From NCBI GenBank assembly GCA_040285855.1, contig JAUFOQ010000016.1, positions 434,001 to 498,000 of the forward strand: DNA of 64,000 bases. Direction: 5' to 3'. This DNA comes from Eukaryota sp. GEM-RC1. Lineage: Eukaryota. Shown piece after piece: positions 38,260 to 53,691 of this stretch. How positions within the stretch are numbered: the stretch's first letter is position 1; the number at the start of each line of letters is the position of its first letter. Below the pieces are notes generated by a model that worked only from the letters and a program-made list of their open reading frames with translations, did no database searches and was not told where the DNA came from. Position numbers and translations under genes: made by a program.

Positions 38260-38866
38260 TATTTAATTTGTTTAATTTTGTTAGACCTTCAAATCCAAAG
38301 CGTTTCATGTACTAGTATTATATGTAGTGACAATACATTTTGTCTGAAATCAACTATTTTACAATGATAGCCTGTAACTTGCTCCAAACATGATGATATG
38401 CGGTGGGATGTGTTATGTATACATTTACTAAATCTCGCAAGCTGAGGTAACTAGAAAGAAATCTGAAAATCTGTGGACTTTTTACAAGTTTCCTTAAATT
38501 CTAAAAGACTTTTTCTGTATCGCCTTTACTGGTCTCACCGCTACTTCTTCTCACAGAGGAACTGCATAATGATGTGTATTATTTTCTTATTCTTTATTTT
38601 TGGTATTATTTTTGTATGACGGGAGTAATTCCAGTCAAATCAATTTCTTAAACAAATATTGGATATTTTGGAATCACCAGTTTTTTTAGGATATATCAAA
38701 TTGATCTTGGATGTGTTGAAGAGTTTGAAATTACTCCACTTTTCTTCTAGAAGATCACCAAGAGTACGATATAACAATAACCGATATTCTGACAGTTAGT
38801 ATTCCAACTTCTGGTGAAGCGATCACTATCGCTTAAAAAGTCAAGGTTACGTGACCTACATTGCTG

Positions 38867-39687
38867 CTAGGGAAGAAGCTCAATGTTGTCGTACAATGAA
38901 TTGAACTTAAATGTAACATCACTATAATTAGCAACTGCAAAGGGACTGTTTTCATACTGGACAATTAGACAATAAAGACACGGTGTAATAAAATGACAAA
39001 AAGGTTGTTTAAAAGACGGAAATTTTTCATCATTTTGAGGTATTCTAATTTGAATTCCAATAGGTTGAATAGCAAGTGACTTTCTCTTTTCTGGATCCTG
39101 AAGATCATGCCAATATGTATAAAGTGCGTCCAAAACTTCATCGTTATAACAAAGCATGGGATGATTTTCATTACGTTGACATTCAGCGACAACACTTTGT
39201 TTGGCCACAATAAAATTCTCAATTTTCCACATTGAAGGCATACAACTGGCTGAACACAATTCCTTCTGAATTCTATCAAGAAACGAGCGTCGTCAATTAT
39301 TATCTGGATCAGTGATGATATCTGGCGCAGGGTCAGTCAAGTAATCAAAATCATTATCAATCATTAGATGTTGGAAACATGAACATACAATCAACCCGTC
39401 AACTCTACTTGACTTAACAAATGGATGTGAATATGTATATGTATCATGCCAAATACAGCAACCACGGTGCCTCCTGATGTTGTGATACTTCATCTTTTTT
39501 CTCTTAGATCTGGAATTCTGTTCTTGTAGTGGCTGATCATCATGTGCTAATGGCGAAGAAGTTCTGATTTTCTTTGCATCGATCATTATTGGTAAGGTAG
39601 AAGATGAAACAGAACGATGAGGTGTAGGTCCAGGATTCAGTTCAATGTCACCGTGGTGACGTCATCAATCGAAAGATCACGTATCCA
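38867..39687 (-). pseudogene. Orphan reading frame preceded by a 2A/StopGo-like motif
   Basis: GDIELNPGP (39652-39626) is in frame with ORF 39586-39293, which continues past one TGA (39295-39293) into ORF 39259-38867. Confidence 0.6.
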
Positions 39688-41361
39688 CGGTTTATTTCCT
39701 TCTGTTGGGAGAATTTGTAAGGTCGTGACACAACTAGGATTTCATCTCATCTCCTTTCTATCTATTAAATTCAAATGAAGGAACACTACATGCTGAATAT
39801 TGTTAACTGGACACTCTCTCTTCACTTATTTCAAGATTATGTTCATATGATGATAAATCAAACACTGTATTTAATAATACTTATTACAAAGAAGAATGCT
39901 GATAAAACAAAACATTCCAGTTGATGAAATGTCAGTTAACGCTGTACGTTAATCTACAATTTGCTTACAAACATTATTGGAATCATTCAACCACCAAGAA
40001 CCATATTTTGCCTTTGCATATGCATACGTTACACAATGTTAGGATGAAAACCGTGACTGCATATCGCAGACAACAGTGTGTAAGTGTATAATGGATCATT
40101 AGTTCGAGACTTAGTTATCACATTGTGGGATCTTCAAAAGTATTTTCTTTCCCAATCACATTCATTTGAAATATCAAAAACAGACTACTCTTCTGGTTTA
40201 GGATGATGAGATATAGAACTAATGTCATCACGTGGCAGTCGAGAGTTGATGTCAGTAGATGGTGAAAACTCACTTACTTCTTTCTTCAGCTGGACTTCAG
40301 TTGACATCAATTGATAATTCTAAAGACAGATCAACTGGTTGATGAGGACCAGTTAGTATAATAATGAGTACTTTAGGAAGAGACGCAAAGGTTTTAGTAT
40401 TTTCTGATTTTAGGTCTGAACAATAAGGATTTGTACATTCAACATTTTTTCGGATAGGTAAATGGGAATCTCATAGTATTTGGAGGTTAGATGGACTGAA
40501 GCCGCTGGACTCTTCGAATGGGTTAATTTCTGACGCAAACTGAGTTTAAATGAGGTATTCTCTTTACACCAGGAACACTTTGATAATCGAAAAGCAAAAG
40601 CATCACCAATGTTTGTGTTTTGTACATAAGACCTTCCGGTTTCTAAGTGAATTACTTTTCCAACATACAACAAAAGACTTTTATTAAATTTGATGGATTC
40701 GAATGTGCTATTGGTGGAATACACGATCCATAGATTTGATCTACTGATTTGTTGATTTTGTTTTCATTTTAGTCAAGATGTTTGGTGATAACAACTAGAA
40801 ACTAGGAAGTACATTTGATGTTTCGGAATGTTTAACTAAATTTAATTCAACTAAATTTGTTTCTTCTTTTTTTTCGAAATGTAATTTGTATGGATATAAT
40901 GAAATAAATAGTCTAAAACTCAATATCATCAAAGCAAGATTCATCACTATACTTCACTGTTCCTATTAAATTTCAAAAATTGTAAATTTATTACATACAA
41001 AATGTCAGCATTCTCTTCTCTTTCATGACATTTGAAGATTTCATACATAACGTCACGAATTGATTTGTGCAAAATCGATATGAATTGAAGACCCGTGTTG
41101 CAGGTAACAATGTTATATATTATTATGTGTTGAAAGTCAACTTTCGTTCTTTAATCACAACAACACATTGTATTCCAAATCAATTCAGATGCAACTAGAT
41201 CTATGCGTATACGCATGTCTAGTTTCCAAGCCTCACTGTTGAGATGAAATGCATAATGTTTTAGTTGTTGAGTAATAAATGATGAACATTGTTATATTTA
41301 TTAATTTTTGGTTCAGTACATAAAGTCATTTGTTTTATATCAGAGTTCTAACAAATAACTG

Positions 41362-44089
41362 CTAAGTCTTGATCCGATTATTGGACAGTCTGGTAATTAG
41401 TTGTTTGGTTTCACAGTCAATAGAGTTGCCATACAGATTAATCTCAGAAATTACCGAATTAGCTTCTAAAGCATTTGCCAATTCAATAGCCTGTTCGTTA
41501 CCAACTGAGTTAAACCTAAGATCAATTTTAGTGAGTTTTGAATACGAATTAGATCCATTGGATCTAATGAAGTCACACAAATCAGAAAAAGGTTTAGCAT
41601 GAAATCGGCAGTTATTAATAACCAGTTCTGTCATTCCAACACAATTAACGAGAGAACGTAGCCTTTTTTTAGAACTTATTTCAGTAACTTGTTTTGATGA
41701 AAAACGAAACAAACCATTGGCAACGTCAATAAGATGAGGATGAACATTAAAATCTAATACAGATTTGTTAATTGAATAAATTTCATACAAAGTAATTAGT
41801 ACTTCTAGACTTACTGTTTTCAAACCACGACATTCAACGCGTTTAATTGGAACATTTGACTTGAGAGCTTTTAATAGTAAAATTAAATCAGAGTTTCTAA
41901 CCCCCCCCCCTTCATAACGAATAACACCAAGAGAGAAATCAATGGAATGGGGAAATATTTTAATATTTGGAGTTAAATTGCCACTCCAAATCAGTTCAAA
42001 AATAGACAAAAGACTGCTGAATTCAACAAAACTATCACCTAGATTAATCTTTTTTAGATGGCAGTTTGATTGGAGTGCACTGATTAATACGGAAAAATCG
42101 TCATCACAGAGTGTTTCATATTCATCAAGATCATACCCGTCAAGTTCTGAAAACTTTACAATGGAAGTAAAATCAATAGATACCAAAGAAGTATTCATTT
42201 TAATTAAATCACACAATACAGTGAACGCTTCGTCACTAAAACTACATCCTTGAAGAGTAAGCTCTTTAATACTGGAGCAGTTGATAAAAGACATTAGAGA
42301 TGACATCAAATGAACATCAATAAGGGTGTATGAAGAGCGATCTGAGCAAAAACAAAATACCGAATTTTCAACGTCTATAAAATTGGGGGAAATATCAATA
42401 TCTAGAATGAATTTTTCAAATGAAAGAATTTCAAATATAGCAATGAAACATTCTAGAGACATCCATTCCAATCCAAGACAATCAAAACGTTTAATCAAAA
42501 ATTTGATTTTAAAGATGTTAAAAGTGAAGTAAGATCATTGATATCAACCTTTGCTTCATAACGAAAATAGCCAAGAGAAGAATCAAAAGAATGAGGAGGA
42601 ACTTGAATATTGGAATGAATTCGCTTCGTCATTATTGCTTCAAATACTAACAGTAAACATTGGAAATCGAAGATGGAAAAGTAAACCCTCTTTACAATCG
42701 AATTGTTTTCCAATCCTTTTAAAACGGTTTTAAGCTCAGCTGAATTGAAACTTAAATCCTCAAAATTTAACACTATTAAGCTTTGATTGTTTAGTATCAA
42801 TTCAGTTAACGACTTAGCGTCCTTGTCAGTGAGCGACGAATTAGTGCTACCAATAACTAATTCCAAAACAGAAGTATTGGTTTCAAAGAATTTAAAAATT
42901 GGTGACAATGAATCAAAGTAGAGTACTTTTATCTCCACTTTTTCAAAGAACAATACAAATTTAAAACTGTAGTAAGTTCGTTAGAATTGTGAAGATGTAT
43001 TGGAAACGATAGTTCTGTCACAGATGAATTATTGTGATGACTATTCATTTCTAAAGAATCAAAATAACAACCACTAGGAAATCCAATACTTTTGAGACCA
43101 GAACTGTTTAAAGGCGGTGGAAGAATTGCTGATCCTTTGGTATCAAAACCAGATAGGTCAATTTTTGTCAGTCCTCTGTTTTTCGAAAGTGAAGTAAAAA
43201 GAGAACGACACTTTTCATCATTTACACGAGATTCACAAGTTAATGAGAACTTTCGTAATGTGTTATTGGAATAAAACAGTTCTGTAAGGGATTTTGCTTC
43301 ACAAGTAGTAAGAGAATCAATTTGAACATTCAATTCTATTACAATAGTATTAGTTGATAGAGAATTAAACAAGGAAGAAAATGACATCTCAGAACTACCA
43401 GCAAAAATGTCAAGACGACGAAGACGGGGTAAGAAAAGAGGAGAAGAATCGTCTAATAAGTAGTGGAGATTGTCATCATCATCATCATAATCATAAAGAT
43501 CTGATTGACTATCAGATTCTTCATCACAGTCAGATACTTCATCACAGTCAGATTCATCAGATTCATACGAGTCACAATAGTTAGGCAACATTAAAACATC
43601 AGAAACAATTGAAGTATACTCAAGAATGTCTTCAACTTTGAAGAATTTGTCCACACATAAGAAAACATATGGCATCTCTCCTCCAAAGAAAGAAGCTATT
43701 GAAGATAGAAAAGGAAGATCTTTCGGAACTACAGCAAACGTGTTTGATTGGAAGAGTAGCTTAACCGCTGGAAGCGAAGACTGAAAGAAACGTTGACTGA
43801 CATAGCCAACTTTCTTGATGAACGAGGGTAGTTGTTCTGTCAAACGACGGAGAGAACGACGAGGTCTACAGTGATTGAACTCAGAAGAAGTCTTTGAGAG
43901 ACGTCTAAGATAATGAGATAGTATGAGTGTCAACAGGGACTGTTGGAACTGAAGATGGTAGGAGCAAGAGTTAGAGTTATGGAGAATTGAGGAGGATGAA
44001 CAGGAGTTTGAGGGCAAAATACAAGTACTACCATGAACAGACAGAGAATCCTCTGAGGAACGACTGAGCTTCAGTGGAGGTTCAGACAT
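41362..44089 (-). CDS. Lineage-specific RI-like LRR protein, copy 1 (two frame breaks)
   Basis: Three overlapping ORFs, with breaks in A and T runs near 42940 and 42500. LRRs such as LTKIDLRFNSVGNEQAIELANALEAN. Paralogous to copies 2 and 3. Confidence 0.8.
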
Positions 44090-45724
44090 TGAAACAGAAA
44101 AGTGTCGATCTGTCAGACATCTGTCACAGTTGTTTGCTTAATCAGTAAGTTGAATGTGTTGAAGAGTTTGAAATTGGTCAAGGATGTTAGTCAGTTCAGT
44201 TCATAAACTGGGCTGAACTGATTAACAACACTCTCTAGGACACATTTTCTTTCAGACGACAAATCTGTGAGGTTATATAGCTGTACTAGACTAGTTTGTA
44301 TACATCGTAACAACGGTGCTTTCACATTTATCATGAAACATGAAGACAAAGGTGTAAATGCAAAACGAGATTTATGATACAGAAAACAGTTAAACACAGT
44401 ACAGTGTAGAGCTTAAACATGGGGAATCCATCATATTGATGCAATGAAGAAGGTGTTTGGAAGAAGTACTGTTACTTAGAGGAACCACCGGATATCTGAC
44501 GTCCAGCATGAACCAGCATTGTTCAAGGAATCAACAAAAACCTAGTCTGAAGCAAATGTTCAATCAATTGTGTTACTTGTGTCACTGTCTTCCTCTGTTC
44601 CTCTTCTAGTTATATAGTTCATACCAACTCTCCCACATGTTAGAGGTCACTAAATCATTGTCCCCCATGTCGTCTCCAGTAGCTTGATGACATCAGATTT
44701 CACTCTTCCCTGCTTGAGTTGGTCACAGCATCCCTTGCATATCTTCGTTGTTTCGAAGTTTTCTTCGATCATGTTCTTCTCCGAGTCACAGTCGTGGAAG
44801 AAGTATTTGATGGTATATACTGTTCTGAATGCTGTACACTCTCTGCCGTTCTCACTACGTCTACTCTGACAGGGAAGGGACACCTCTAACTTGTCTCGAG
44901 TTGAATCTCTCTCTCTCTTCTCTCTTTTCTGAATCTCCCGTCTATGATCCTTGCACCACCTTCTTTCACAACCTTGATATTGGGATAAGACTTTGGGAAG
45001 AACCCCTTCTCCCCTCCCCAAATATTCTTTCAACAAACACCGTCTTAGTCAGTCAAACAATACACCGCGTAGAGAAGTTGCTTTGTCTTAACTTTCTTCT
45101 TCCTGGTCACTTCAACCCATACACTTCTTTCCTTCTAGTAATTGACCATATCAGAGTTGTTGGTTGTGATTCTCTTAAGATCTTCCTGGTTTAACTATAT
45201 TGAGCTCCTTCAACGAGTTCTATGTGTCTTGTAGTGTGGTTAAATTTATGGTCTCTTTACTCAATGTGTCCAACTGTATTGGTTTCATTAAGACTTTAAT
45301 TTAATGAACTTTTAAAATTTACCTACATGTCAGATGAAGAATATTGATTTCAAAAGCAAGTAAGAGAACTATTTGTACGATTATAACTTAACCATCACAC
45401 GTGTTGAATCAAATTGTGTCTTTTGATCCAGTGTTAGTATGTATTCGTTCCAAAATGACTACGGATACACTGATTTTCTACACAATCTGTTTTCCTCTGT
45501 AAATATTATTAGAAGTTGTATATCAATTTTTCTTCTGATTTTGTCGGACAATTTCCACTTCTACTTGAACACCTGTTCCTTATCAATTGTATTTTTGCTT
45601 CATTTTTTTGTGTAATTCTATTCAGTGGAGGAAGAAATTTCCCCTACTCTGAATTTCTCTCTTTTTCAATCTTTCTTTCACGATGAAAGTTTAGTCTTCA
45701 ATAGGCTCAATCAAAGCGCAAGTC

Positions 45725-45955
45725 CTAATTTGGGGTTCGTTGAACTCCCGAATAATATTTAGTCCTCACCAGTCGTAACGATAGACCACGACAACTTCTT
45801 CCAGCACATCCTGAACGTTGCTGCAAAGAAGCAATAGAACAATGATGTGTTGACAGAAGGTCAGTTTGCCTGGTCAGGCCGCAGTCAATTACAACTTTTA
45901 CTCCATCAATGGTCAAAGATGATTCTGCTATATTTGTAGCAACACCAATCTTAAA
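45725..45955 (-). pseudogene. DEAH-box helicase fragment (motifs V-VI)
   Basis: VATNIAESSLTIDGVKVVIDCG and QRSGCAGR. The surrounding sequence is stop-ridden and no motifs I-II were seen. Confidence 0.75.
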
Positions 45956-48709
45956 GTGTTTTTGAAGACGGCTTGCTGTTTCGAATCCAGTGTCCACCGG
46001 AAGTCTCTCCCCCTTTGTAACAGTGGATAGAACTCGAAATAAAATCCTTATAATGATTCAAAAATTTGATTAGAAGTGCCCTAATTATTTGAATATCATT
46101 GTACTGCTTAACAGACTTGAAGTATTTGTTGAAAAGCCGTGTAAACTCTAACAGTGGACAACGATTCCAGACTTGGAATATGTCTTGGATGTAAGCAGCT
46201 GTTATTGGTAACATGTAAATGCATCTAGTTTCATCCTCATTTGGAAAATATGTTGTACAGAGAAACTACTTCACTAACTGTGTACATTCAATGAATTACA
46301 GTTCCAGAATTTCTCCGCAATTCTTAAAACATAGTCAGTTGTTTTCACATTGTGCAGATAATCAACCATTATGGCTAAAACTTGTAAAAAAAGATAAATC
46401 ATTTCTTGAGTGTAAACTCGAGTGTCTAAAAATAAATTATTGAGATATATCAGTGCTTATCGATGATAAATGATAGATAGGAATAGAATTCATAACTTTA
46501 TTTTAATTAATTGAATACTGATAGACACTATAGTGAAAGAAGAGCCGTCTTCATTCCAGTACTTTTTTTTCTAGTATGGTCTGCGATCAGTATGTGACAA
46601 CTTCGACTTTGAGAACGGATTCCACTATGTTTGAAGTAGCTGGAATGAAAGAAAGATCAAGATAGCCAGATGAAGAGTCCCTTACAACTGTGAGGTTCTC
46701 TTGATATTCTGAAAAGCTGCTGAAGTGTTCAGAAAGGAAGAACATTCGGGCACCAGAGTTACATAAAATAATAATAATAAAAGCAATAGAACAGTACTCA
46801 TTGACAGTAATGTTGCATCTTTGATGGTTAAAGTCTTCACTCCGCGTGACATAATCAGGATAAGTCAGATATGCTGAAGAGGTGGGAAAATGAATAACAT
46901 GGAAATCAGAGAGGTCTTTAACTTCAGCCAAATTAATTCTTTTTTGTCACCGAAGGTCAGTCTCTTCAAATAAAGAATACTGGGGAAATACTGTCTGAAG
47001 ATTGATACTTGACATGTTGAGTGGTCTGATTGTACTTCTGAAGAACAAGAGATAACAACGAAATAGTAGCATCTGTCTCAAATGGGAAACTAACTTGTCT
47101 CTTCAATTTCATCAAACGCAACTACATCGAGTAGGAAGAGTTTTAAGTGTTTTTCAATGCCAAGAAGTTTGATCTTATCCAACTCTTGTCGAATCGAAAT
47201 CAAGTAATCATCAAGATTTTTCACAATATCATCTTTTTTACCAAAAAAGGAACCAATAACCAGATACTTGAAGAATAATAATTAATGAACGGGACTTCAA
47301 TTGAACGAATTGTTTATAAATTCGGTTCTTTTCCTATAACAAAACACTGTTCGATGTTTTGATTTAAGCCAATCTCTTCATATAAAGTAGCAGCTTCTGC
47401 AGAAATTGATCGTATGGTCTCAAAAGGTGCAATAAAGGAAATGTCAACAATGTAAGCCACAATTTTCTAATCCTTATACTTCGATTTAAGATTGTTAAGG
47501 ATGGGGTGAATAGCAAGACAGAAGAAGTAGACCAACAATTTTAAATATCCATCTTCAAGTGAATGTTTCATCTTTGTATTGGGAGCTGCATTCTATCACT
47601 TAAAAAACGTCATGAAATAAGTGATAGTTCAAAGGGGTCGATTTACAAATATATATAATTAGGTTTCATTTAGACGTTACTTTTACCCGTCTTTTGCTGT
47701 GGTCATTGAATGTGGTCAAGCAAAGGAAACAATGGAAACACAACAAAACCAAAGTACTATATATAGAATAAATACATTTATGATAAACAACGCCTTATAT
47801 TTAATCATCCAATCAAAGATTATCATCAATATTAACAAATGAGATGCCAAAACCTCCACATCAACTCAACTTCATGTCTCAATACAAAGAGACGGTTCAA
47901 AATCGAATCAAATTACCTAAACAATTCTTTGAAAATCGAAAATGACACCCTTCCTCAATGACTTTCATTAAAATTCTTTCTGCATACACAATTTGCCAAA
48001 AGATGTGAGAAACTGTTGTCCGAAAGAGCCAAACGTTCGGGAAAAAAAAGAGAAAAAGAGTGGAAAACAAACGGATAGTGTCGAGGAGATTCATCTTGGT
48101 AAATAATTCACCATAATGATCTAATTTTTTCATTTCCAGTAGGTTCAAGAGCTGAAGAGTTTTCGTCTACAATTTTGTTAAGAAGTTGAGTTACAAGAAT
48201 CAACCGTAGTAAAGTCCTATTTTCATGTTGAATGTAAATAGATGAAAGGAACAAAATTAAATACCATATTTTAAAATTAATATTACCAGTTTTCTGAACT
48301 AGGTTCAATTGGCAATGAACCAAACTACATCTTAGTACTTAAAAGATAGTAAATGCTATACATCTCGAGTCTTGGACCACGATACGATTTGTCCAGTGTA
48401 CGAATCAAATAATGTGCAAAAATTCTATGCGATTGCTCCAAAGAGTTTGATTCAAAACAATTTCTTTGATCACGGCACAATTTTGAAAAGGCATCAAAGA
48501 AATCTACTACAACACTTCCAATATTACCAAGAATTGTATTGGAGGCGTAGACGCATGTTTGATTTCCATGTCTAGTTTCCTCACTGTTGGGTTGAAAACC
48601 ATAAAGTCTTGGTTGTTGAGTAATAAATGATGAACACTGTAATATATATGTACTTTTGTTTCATAACGTAAAGTTATTTGCTTCACATCAGATTTCTAAC
48701 AAATTAATA

Positions 48710-51700
48710 CTAAGTCCTAATCCGATTATTGGACAGTCTGGTAATTAGTTGTTTGGTTTCAGAGTCAATAGAGTTGCCATACAGATTAATCTCAGAAATT
48801 ACCGAATTAGCTTCTAAAGCGTTTGCCAATTCAATAGCCTGTTCGTTACCAATTGAGTTAAACCTAAGATCAATTTTAGTGAGTTTAGACTCCATATTAG
48901 ATCCGTTGAACCTGATTAAGTCACACAAATCAGAAAAAGGTTTAGCATGAAATCGGCACTTAATAATAACCAGTTCTGCCATTCCAACACAATTAAAAAA
49001 GAGCACGTAGCCTTGTTTCCGGACATATTTGAGTAACTTTTTTCGTGAAAAACGAAACAAACCATTGGCAACGTCAATAAAATGAGGATGAACATTAATA
49101 TCTAATACAGATTTGTTAAGTGAAAGTATTTCATACAAAGTAATTAGTACTTCCAGACTTACTGTTTTCACACCACGACATTCAACGCGGTTAATAGGGA
49201 CTCCTGACTTTAGAGCCTTTAATAGTACATCTAAATCATCCTTGTTAACAAAGTCTGCACAACTAATGGAACCAAGTGGAAAATTAATAGAATGGCGCGA
49301 CTTTTGAATTATTGCTGAAAATAGACCAATGGAACCCCTTTGAAAAATTGTTAGAACAGTTTGAAACCCAATGTCATTTCCTTCAAGATCAATATGTTTT
49401 AAGCAAGAATTCAATTGAAGAGCCGCAACCAGTTTTGAGACTGATTCATCCAATAGATAACAATATCTGAAGTCAATGAAAGTCAATGAAGAATTGACTT
49501 TAAGTGAATCACACAACGCATTGAACAAAGTCGGGGAATATTCACATCGTCTTAGAGTAAGCTTTTTAAGCCTAGATGACTCTAAAAACGATTGTAGAGA
49601 AGTCATCATTTCTGAAGTTACTTTGGTTGTTCCGATACGTTTGTTTGCAGAAAAACAAAACACACCATTTTCTATATCAATTAAGTAAGGGGCCACATCA
49701 ACATCTATCACTGATTTGTTAATAGAAAGAATTTCAAATAGCGTTATAAGTACTTCAAGATTTTTTGTTTTCAATCCATAGCATGTGACACGATTAATGG
49801 GAAAATTTGACTTTAAAGTATTTAAAAGAAATAATAAATCAGCTTTTTCAACTGCCCTGCTATAATGAATAGTACCACGAGAGAGATCAAAAGAATGAGG
49901 AGAAACGTCAATAGTTGCTTTTAATGTACCAGCTGAAACCAGTTTACAGATGGTAAAAAGAAATTCTAGATCAAAGTCATTATTACCAAAATTGACCAGT
50001 TTTAAACAAGAGTTGGATTGAATTGCATTTATTATTTGTGACGCTCCATCAGTTGAAAATTCACAATCACTAAAGTCAACAGACATTAGAGAATTATTCA
50101 CCCTGATTAAATCACTCAAAACAGTGATTGCATCATCTGAAAAACCACATCGTTTAAGAGTAAGCTCTTTGATACTGAAGCGATTCAAATAGTACTTTAA
50201 AGAAGAGACTTGCTCAGCAGTAATTTCAATAATACCAGAAGAGCGAAAATAGCAGAAGGGTGAAGATGAGTAGGGTGAGAAAGAAAACACACCACCTTGA
50301 TAGTCAGTAGAATATGTAAATATTTCAAAATTTAGGGGTAATTGACCAATTGAAATTAATTCAATAATACTGACAATAGTGTCAATTCCAAAGAAATTTT
50401 TGCTGAGATTGACTCTTTTTATGGAGATATTTTGTTGAAGTGCACTTATAAGATTAGAAAGAATTTCATTACATAAACCACATTGGCTGAAGTCAACCAT
50501 AGTCAAAGAAGTACTGGTACTGATTAAATCACATAGCGATGACATTGCAGCTTCAGTGAAACAACATCTTGAAAGGGTTAGCTGCTTAATACCAGAACGC
50601 TGCAAAAGAGCCTGTAGTGATGATACAGATTCAATTGATATTTCTGTAAGGCTTCGTGAGAAATAAAAAATTCCTTCGTCTAGGTTAATAGCATTAGGCA
50701 AAATATCAATAGATATCATGGATTTGTTAATTAAAAGAATTTCAAGTATAATAATCATTGCTTCTAGACAACGAGTTCTTAATCCACGACACTCAACACG
50801 TGTAAGAGGAACATTCGATCTAAGTGCTTTTAACAGTAGACTCAAATCAGAAGTGCCAACCATTTCTTGATAATAAATAACACCAAGAGAAAGGTCAAAT
50901 GAATGAGGAGAAACATCAGTATTTGGAGTTAAACTATCACTCGAAATCAGTTCAAAAATGGTTAAAACTTTGTCAAATTCCATCCTGTAATTACTGAGAT
51001 TAATCTTTTGTAATCCAGAGTTTGATTGGAGTGCATTGATTAGTTTGGACAAGTCATCATCAGATAGATGATTATAATATTCATCAGACTCATAGCCCGA
51101 ATCTTCTTCATAAATTTGAATGTGAGAAAAGTCAATAGAAGTCAAAGAACGACTGCCCCTGAGTAAATCACATAAACCAATCATTGCATCGCAAGTAAAG
51201 CTACACTGTTTAAGAGTAAGCTCTTTGATACCGAAACAATTCACAAAGGACTTTAAAGACGACATTTCTTGAGCAGTAATAGGAGATGATGAATCGTGGT
51301 CTGGGGAAAAACAAAATACCAACTTTTCAGGGTTAATAGAACAGGGAGAAATATCGATGTCTAATATTAGTTTTTCCAGTGAATGAATTTCAAATAACGT
51401 CGAGAGTCCTTCAAGATTTGGATTTTTCAAACGATTACACTTAACATGATTAAGAGGCAAGTTTGACTTCAGAGTTTTTAAAAGTAACAGTAGTTCACTG
51501 TTTTCCAACTCATTTTCATAGTAAATTATACCAAGAGATACATCAAAATAGTGAGGAGAAACTTCAATATTTGGAGTTAAATTGTCACTGAAAACCAGTT
51601 CAAAAATCGTCAAAAAATTGCTGAATCCCATGGAAGAATTTTCGACATAAATTTTGTTTAAGTGAGTGTTTGATTGAAGAGTATTGAGTAGGTTGGAGAC

Positions 51701-53691
51701 GTCATCATTAGATAGTGGATAATAATTGGCCTCAAAGGAAATATATATCTTCATTTCTTTTTAATAACTCAATAGAAGAGAGGTCAACAGAAGTCAAAGA
51801 AGGACTGAATCTGATTAAGTCACACAAACAAATGAATGCATCATGAGTAAAACAACAGTGTTTAAGAGCAAACTGTTTAATACTGAAGCGATCAATAAAA
51901 GACTTTAGAGATGAGACTGTTTTGGTGTTGATTTCAGTGCAGTAATCAAGTTTTGGAAACAAAAAACACAGAATTTTGAACGTCGATAACGTTTGGCGAT
52001 ATGTCAATATCTAAAATTGTTTTTCTAAGTGAAAGAATTTCAAATACAGTAATGAGCCCTTCTACTGATACCCACTCCAATCCATGACAATCAAAACATT
52101 TAATAGGCACATTTGATTTTAAAGATCTAAAAAGTGAAATTAAATCACTATTTTCAACCTTTGTTTCATAACGAATATACCCAAGAGAAGAATCAATAGA
52201 GTGAGGAGAAACTTGAATATTTGAAATAATGCGATTCGTCATTATTGCTTCCAAATACAAAGAGTAAGCATTGGAAGTCTATTGTGGAGAAACAAACTCG
52301 TTTTAGAAATAAATTTCTTTCTAGTGTTATTAAAACGGTTTTAAGCTGAGCTGAATTGAAACGTAAACCCTCGCTATTTAAAACGAGTAAGTTTTGATTT
52401 GTGAGTATCAAATCGGATAATGACTTAGTGTCTTTGTCAGTGAGTGTCAAAGAACTACTAACACTGAACTGTAAAACAGAAGTATTTGTTTCAAGAGATT
52501 TAAATATTGGTGACAATGAACCATAAAACTCACGTATCTCGATTCTTTTTAAAGAACAATAAAAACTCAAAATTGGAGGAAGATCGTTGGCGTAGTAACA
52601 ATGGATTGGTATAATTAGTTCTGTGATAGATGAATTATTCTGAAGGCCACTAAACTCCGTACAACTAGAATAATGACCACCTGGAAACATAATCCCTTTG
52701 AGACAAGAACTGTTCAGCAGAGGTGGAACAACTGACGATCCTTTAATACGAAAACCAGATAACTCAATTGTTGTCAGTACTGTGTTGTTTGAAAGTGCAG
52801 AAAAAATGAAAGAAAATCTCCATCAACAAAAGAATACCAATTCAGAGAAAAGATTCGTAGTGTAGTATTTGAATGGAACAGTTCTGCAAGGGATACAGCT
52901 TTGAATGCAGTGAAACACTCTATTTCAATATTGAATTCTATTACAGTAGTGTTAGTTGATAGAGACTTACACAAGGAAGCAAATGACATCTTAGAGCTAC
53001 CCATGGAAATATCAAGACGACGAAGACGGGGTAAGAAAAGAGGAGAAGAACGGTCTAATAAGTAGTGGAGATTGACGTCGTCATCATCATCATCATCGTC
53101 ATCATCGTCATCGTTAGAGTCAGAATAATCTGATGGATTGTCAGAATCATCATCACAGTCAGATTCATAAGAGTCACAATAGCGAGGCAACATTAAAACA
53201 TGAGAAACAATTGAAGTAAACTCAAGAATTTCTTCAACTTTAAAGTATGTCTGAACACATAAGAAAACATATGGCATCTCTCCTCCAAAGAAAGAAGCTA
53301 TTGAAGAGAGAAATGGAAGGTCTTTAGGAACTACAGCAAACGTGTTTGATTGGAAGAGTAGCTTAACCGCTGGAAGCGAGGACTGAAAGAAACGTTGACT
53401 CACGTAGCCAACTTTCTTGATGAATGATGGTAGTTGTTCTGTCAAACGACGGAGAGAACGACGAGGTCTACAGTGATTGAACTCAAAAGAAGTCTTTGAG
53501 AGACGTCTAAGGTAATGAGATAGTATGAGTGTCAACAAGGAATGTTGGAACTGAAGATGATAGGAGCAAGAGTTAGAGTTATGGAGAATTGAGGAGGATG
53601 AACAGGAGTTGGAGGGCAATATACAAGTACTATCATGAACAGACAGAGAATCTTCTGAGGAACGACTGAGCTTCAGTGGAGGTTGAGACAT
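48710..53691 (-). CDS. Lineage-specific RI-like LRR protein, copy 2 (longest; several frame breaks at 51730-52810)
   Basis: Same N-terminus as copy 1 (MSQPPLKLSRSSEDSLSVH). The 1014-aa C-terminal ORF has repeated KELTLK.C.F...LCDL and PH.(F/I)D...G units. Confidence 0.8.

Noticed and set aside
39293..39295. TGA reassignment or readthrough in the 2A-linked ORF
   Set aside because: TGA ends well-conserved genes here (CCDC86, nicastrin, RPB11). A point mutation in a decayed sequence is simpler.
44410..45230. Possible retrotransposon integrase relic (also 25780-26100)
   Set aside because: Too degenerate to show HHCC or DDE motifs convincingly.
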